Source: Candidatus Micrarchaeota archaeon
Lineage (GTDB): Archaea > Iainarchaeota > Iainarchaeia > JAADDC01
Assembly: GCA_027046625.1 (NCBI GenBank)
Contig: JALTXX010000003.1
Span: 5,147 to 69,146 of the forward strand
Reading direction: 5' to 3'
Length of the DNA: 64,000 bases
The notes beneath the pieces are model-generated. The model was not told where the DNA came from, ran no database searches, and was given only the letters and a program-made list of their open reading frames with translations. The position numbers and the translations under genes were made by a program. This document shows positions 60,782 through 64,000 of the stretch, one piece after another; position 1 is the first letter of the stretch; each line of letters opens with the position of its first letter.

Positions 60782-61749
60782 AGCTCTTTCCCCAGTGATA
60801 ATAGTTGGGCCAGAAGCGACTCCAGCTGAATCCTCTCGTTGGCTCCCTCTACTAGCCTAAATTCATATTCTCCTATAATGTCAACCAGCTTTACCTTCTG
60901 CCTATCTGAAATATCCAAAGAAAACACCTCCCTGTGCATCTGTCTTATAATATCCTCCCCGCTCATCCCATAATCTATCATAAGCTTGTTAAGCATCTCT
61001 CTAGCCTTGAAGAAATCCCCTTTTATAGCGTAGGACATCATGTCCCTCATCTCCTTTGGTTTCGCCCTAGCTGCCACCTTGTATACCAACTCCTCATCTA
61101 TGGTATCGGATATGGCAGCCGTTGCCTGGAGGGTGTTTATAGCCCTTCTCATATCTCCTTCTGAAATGTAGACAAGTGCGTTGAGTGCTTCCTCAGTTAT
61201 TTTTAGCCCCTCGTTATCGGCAATATATTTTAACCTCTCCTTTATCTGATCCTCTGATAGAGGTTTAAACCTGAAAAGAGCACACCTTGATTGGATGGGC
61301 TCTATGATTTTTGAGGAGTAGTTACAAGAGAGTATGAATCTTGCCGTTGATGCATACTTTTCCATAGTTCTTCTCAATGCGTTCTGGGCATCTGCTGTGA
61401 GGGCATCTGCCTCGTCAAGGAATATAATCTTAAACCTAGCCCCTCCCATGGGAAGGGTACGAGCAAACTCCTTTATAGTCTCTCTAACCACGTTTATACC
61501 TCTATCATCAGAAGCATTCAATTCCAAGAAATTTTGTTGAAACGAATCTCCAAATATCTCTCTTGCTAGGGCTATAGCAGCTGTGGTCTTTCCTGTACCT
61601 GGGGGACCGGCAAATAGCAGGTTGGGCATCTCCTTCTTTTCAGCATAGGCTTTCAGCCTTTCTACTATCTCCTCTTGTCCTATCATCTCATCCAAGGATT
61701 TTGGCCTGTATTTTTCCACCCATGGGAGGTGTTCCTCCATGACCCTCAC
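60778..61749 (-). CDS. rfcS: replication factor C small subunit
   Basis: [17 protein letters not shown]-like Walker [14 protein letters not shown] motif (SRCALFRF); 323 aa. Confidence 0.85.
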   Translation of the reverse strand: MRVMEEHLPWVEKYRPKSLDEMIGQEEIVERLKAYAEKKEMPNLLFAGPPGTGKTTAAIALAREIFGDSFQQNFLELNASDDRGINVVRETIKEFARTLPMGGARFKIIFLDEADALTADAQNALRRTMEKYASTARFILSCNYSSKIIEPIQSRCALFRFKPLSEDQIKERLKYIADNEGLKITEEALNALVYISEGDMRRAINTLQATAAISDTIDEELVYKVAARAKPKEMRDMMSYAIKGDFFKAREMLNKLMIDYGMSGEDIIRQMHREVFSLDISDRQKVKLVDIIGEYEFRLVEGANERIQLESLLAQLLSLGKEL

Positions 61750-61781
61750 CCTTTTATTGCCATCGTTTCCATCCTTTATGG

Positions 61782-62243
61782 ATGGACAGAAGGATAGTTA
61801 AAGGGATACTCTACTATGGAGGCGCGGTGGTATTATCCCTCCTTTTTGCTTACGTTACATACTATATACTTTCTTTTATATGGCCCCTAGTATACCCTGA
61901 AAGTGCAAAGTACCTCCCCTACACCAGCCCCTTTGAAACACCTGTGCACTGGGTAGTTCCACCTGCCGTGGCCCTCTTCATTCTCTATATGTTTCCCTAC
62001 ATAGAGGGCTCCTTGAGACCAGAGTCTATTACAACACTGATATTCCTGCTATTTCTTGTATTTTTCTCCTACTATGTTGGTGTTATAGGCTTTTACTTTT
62101 ATGCATACGGAAATATTACCCTAGTAAACATGATTTTCCAGTATTTTCTTTATGTGCCCTACTGGGGTGCCGTTGGAGGTGTATTGGGTGCGTGGGTTGC
62201 AGCAAGGTTTTTAAAGAGATGGCAGCACCCAATTCATTCATGA
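61782..62243 (+). CDS. hypothetical membrane protein
   Basis: 153 aa, 4 hydrophobic helices, aromatic-rich. Confidence 0.3.
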   Translation: MDRRIVKGILYYGGAVVLSLLFAYVTYYILSFIWPLVYPESAKYLPYTSPFETPVHWVVPPAVALFILYMFPYIEGSLRPESITTLIFLLFLVFFSYYVGVIGFYFYAYGNITLVNMIFQYFLYVPYWGAVGGVLGAWVAARFLKRWQHPIHS

Positions 62244-62249
62244 GGAGGG

Positions 62250-64000
62250 ATGGACAAATACACTGATTTTTCCTCTCAGAACGAAGAAAAGGTTCAATCC
62301 TTTTGGGAAGAAAATAAAGTTTATGAGGAGTTAAAGCGCAGGAGGAGAGGTTCCAAACCCTTCTTCTTTATGGATGGCCCTCCCTATGCTACAGGAAGCA
62401 TCCATCTGGGAACGGCCTGGAACAAGATCCTGAAGGATGCATACATTCGTTTCTACCGCATGGAGGGTTACGACGTATATGACAGGCCAGGCTATGATGT
62501 GCATGGCGTTCCTATAGAGAACAAAGTGGAAAAGGAGCTGAACATTTCAGGAAAGAAAGATATAGAGGAAAAGATAGGTATCCAGAGATTTGTGGAGCTG
62601 TGTAAAGCCTATGCTACCGAACACATTGACCTCATGAATAGGCAGTTCAAAAATTTGGGAGTGTGGATGGATTGGGACAACTACTATGTAACTATGGACA
62701 GAGAGTATATAAATGCTGCTTGGTGGACCTTCAAGGCAGCAGAGAGGAAAGGCCTCCTCTATAGAGGGAAATATCCTGTTCATGTATGCCCCCACTGTGG
62801 TACTGTTGTCTCGTTTGCAGAAATAGAGTATAAAGAGCTAGAAGATCCATCCATTTATGTAGCTTTTCCTACAAAGGAAGGTTTTCATCTTCTGATTTGG
62901 ACTACAACACCATGGACACTCCCTGCAAATGTAGCGGTGATGGTACATCCGAAGGAAACGTATGTAAGGGTGGAAGTGGATGGAAAGGTTTATGTTCTTG
63001 CGGAGAAAAGGCTAGAAGATGTGGCCAAGGAGTTAGGATGGAAGGATTACAAGGTAATAGAATCCTTCCCTGGAAGCAAGCTAGAAGGATTGGAGTATGA
63101 GAGCCCATTGAAGGAGGAAGTACCCATCCAGAACTTTCCACACAGAGTAGTACTATCAGAAAGGTTTGTTACCATGGAAGAGGGTACAGGCCTTGTACAT
63201 ACTGCTCCTGGACACGGAAGAGAAGATTTTATAGTGGGAACTGAGTACAATCTACCTGTTTTATCTCCTGTGGGAATTGACGGAGTATATACCGAGGAGG
63301 CTGGTAAGTATAGGGGTATGTATGTGAAGGAAGCAGACAAGGTTATTATTGAGGATTTGAAAAAGAAAGGATTCCTTGTGGGAGAAGGTAGGATAAAACA
63401 CCAGTATCCTGTGTGCTGGCGCTGCAAAACACCCCTCCTATTTATCTCTGTAGACGAGTGGTTCTACGCAGTAGAACGTATAAGAGACAAGATATACGAA
63501 GAAAATGAAAAGGTGTACTGGTATCCTCCGTGGGCAAAGGATAGATTTGCAGATTGGATAAAGAATCTTAGAGACTGGCCTGTTTCCAGACAGCGATACT
63601 GGGGTACACCTGTACCTATCTGGATATGTGAAAAGTGTGGATATAGAGAGGTGTTATCCTCCCTTGAGGAATTGGAAGAAAAGAGCGGAAAGAAGGTAGA
63701 AGACCCCCATAGGCCGTGGATAGATAAGATTACATACAGCTGTCCGAAGTGTGGGGGTGTGATGAGAAGAGTAGAGGATGTATTGGACGTATGGTTTGAC
63801 TCAGGCATTACAACATGGGCAGCACTAGGGTATCCCAAGAACAAGGAACTTTTTGAACGATACTGGCCTGCAGATTTAGAAATCGAAGGTGTTGATCAGA
63901 TAAGGGGCTGGTGGAATTCCCAGATGATAACGAGTGTGATTGTGTTTGATAGAGCCCCCTACAAGAGAGTGACTATGCATGGATTTGTGCTAGATGTGCA
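62250..64000 (+). CDS. ileS: isoleucyl-tRNA synthetase (5' part; runs off the window)
   Basis: PPYATGSIHLGTAWNK (HIGH region), editing-domain segments, CWRCKTPL zinc knuckle, DWPVSRQRYWGTPVP. Confidence 0.85.
   Translation, partial: MDKYTDFSSQNEEKVQSFWEENKVYEELKRRRRGSKPFFFMDGPPYATGSIHLGTAWNKILKDAYIRFYRMEGYDVYDRPGYDVHGVPIENKVEKELNISGKKDIEEKIGIQRFVELCKAYATEHIDLMNRQFKNLGVWMDWDNYYVTMDREYINAAWWTFKAAERKGLLYRGKYPVHVCPHCGTVVSFAEIEYKELEDPSIYVAFPTKEGFHLLIWTTTPWTLPANVAVMVHPKETYVRVEVDGKVYVLAEKRLEDVAKELGWKDYKVIESFPGSKLEGLEYESPLKEEVPIQNFPHRVVLSERFVTMEEGTGLVHTAPGHGREDFIVGTEYNLPVLSPVGIDGVYTEEAGKYRGMYVKEADKVIIEDLKKKGFLVGEGRIKHQYPVCWRCKTPLLFISVDEWFYAVERIRDKIYEENEKVYWYPPWAKDRFADWIKNLRDWPVSRQRYWGTPVPIWICEKCGYREVLSSLEELEEKSGKKVEDPHRPWIDKITYSCPKCGGVMRRVEDVLDVWFDSGITTWAALGYPKNKELFERYWPADLEIEGVDQIRGWWNSQMITSVIVFDRAPYKRVTMHGFVLDV

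Overview
This 64-kb window comes from a hyperthermophilic archaeon, most likely TACK/Thermoproteota. The genome is about 45% GC with GC-rich rRNA, and most genes overlap their neighbours by 1-4 nt in operon-like strings. There are no CRISPR arrays or obvious mobile elements. The window mixes conserved core genes with a scattered accessory network that I read as a Tad/Flp-like type IV pilus system. No single surprise stands out; that pilus network is the best candidate for the prompted system, and it looks like a variant of a known system rather than a new one. Its component classes are known in archaea, but the combination is unusual: split TadB/TadC-like platforms, tandem Flp-type pilins with 3-residue leaders carrying Q+1/E+5/Y+6, and an 838-aa pilin-headed adhesin. 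I have not seen this combination described. Coordinates follow the ORF track. Calls not on the track are the Nop10 ORF, two Flp-pilin ORFs, the ncRNA and the 16S rRNA. Function calls are by motif recognition only, with no database searches.

Core genes:
- Replication: Orc1/Cdc6, two tandem PCNA paralogs, PriS, a probable Gins15, and the RFC large and small subunits.
- Translation and RNA: eS27, aIF2-alpha, Nop10 and a PAC2-family protein in their conserved order; Pelota facing ABCE1; MetRS, TyrRS and a 5'-partial IleRS; the CCA-adding enzyme; and the TmcA ac4C acetyltransferase overlapping an ASCH-domain gene.
- A class II ribonucleotide reductase whose Cys-rich C-terminal zinc-finger tail sits in a different reading frame downstream.
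- A stand-alone 16S rRNA gene with no 23S behind it.
- A short structured ncRNA that I interpret as a miniaturised RNase P RNA.

The pilus network is spread over at least five loci:
- Two FlaI/CpaF-type ATPases.
- Separate TadB-like and TadC-like platform proteins.
- A class III prepilin peptidase.
- Several tiny Flp-type pilins (46-62 aa) with 3-residue leaders and a Q+1 / E+5 / Y+6 signature.
- Several TadE-like pseudopilins.
- An 838-aa pilin-headed, Cys-rich adhesin.

Other accessory content includes a surface-glycan assembly island (AglH-like GPT, flippase, WecG/TagA, GT4, a pyruvyl transferase, plus a distant membrane GT2), a B12-type radical SAM enzyme coupled to an unknown partner, AMP phosphorylase, MscS, CorA and a MacB-type ABC exporter.
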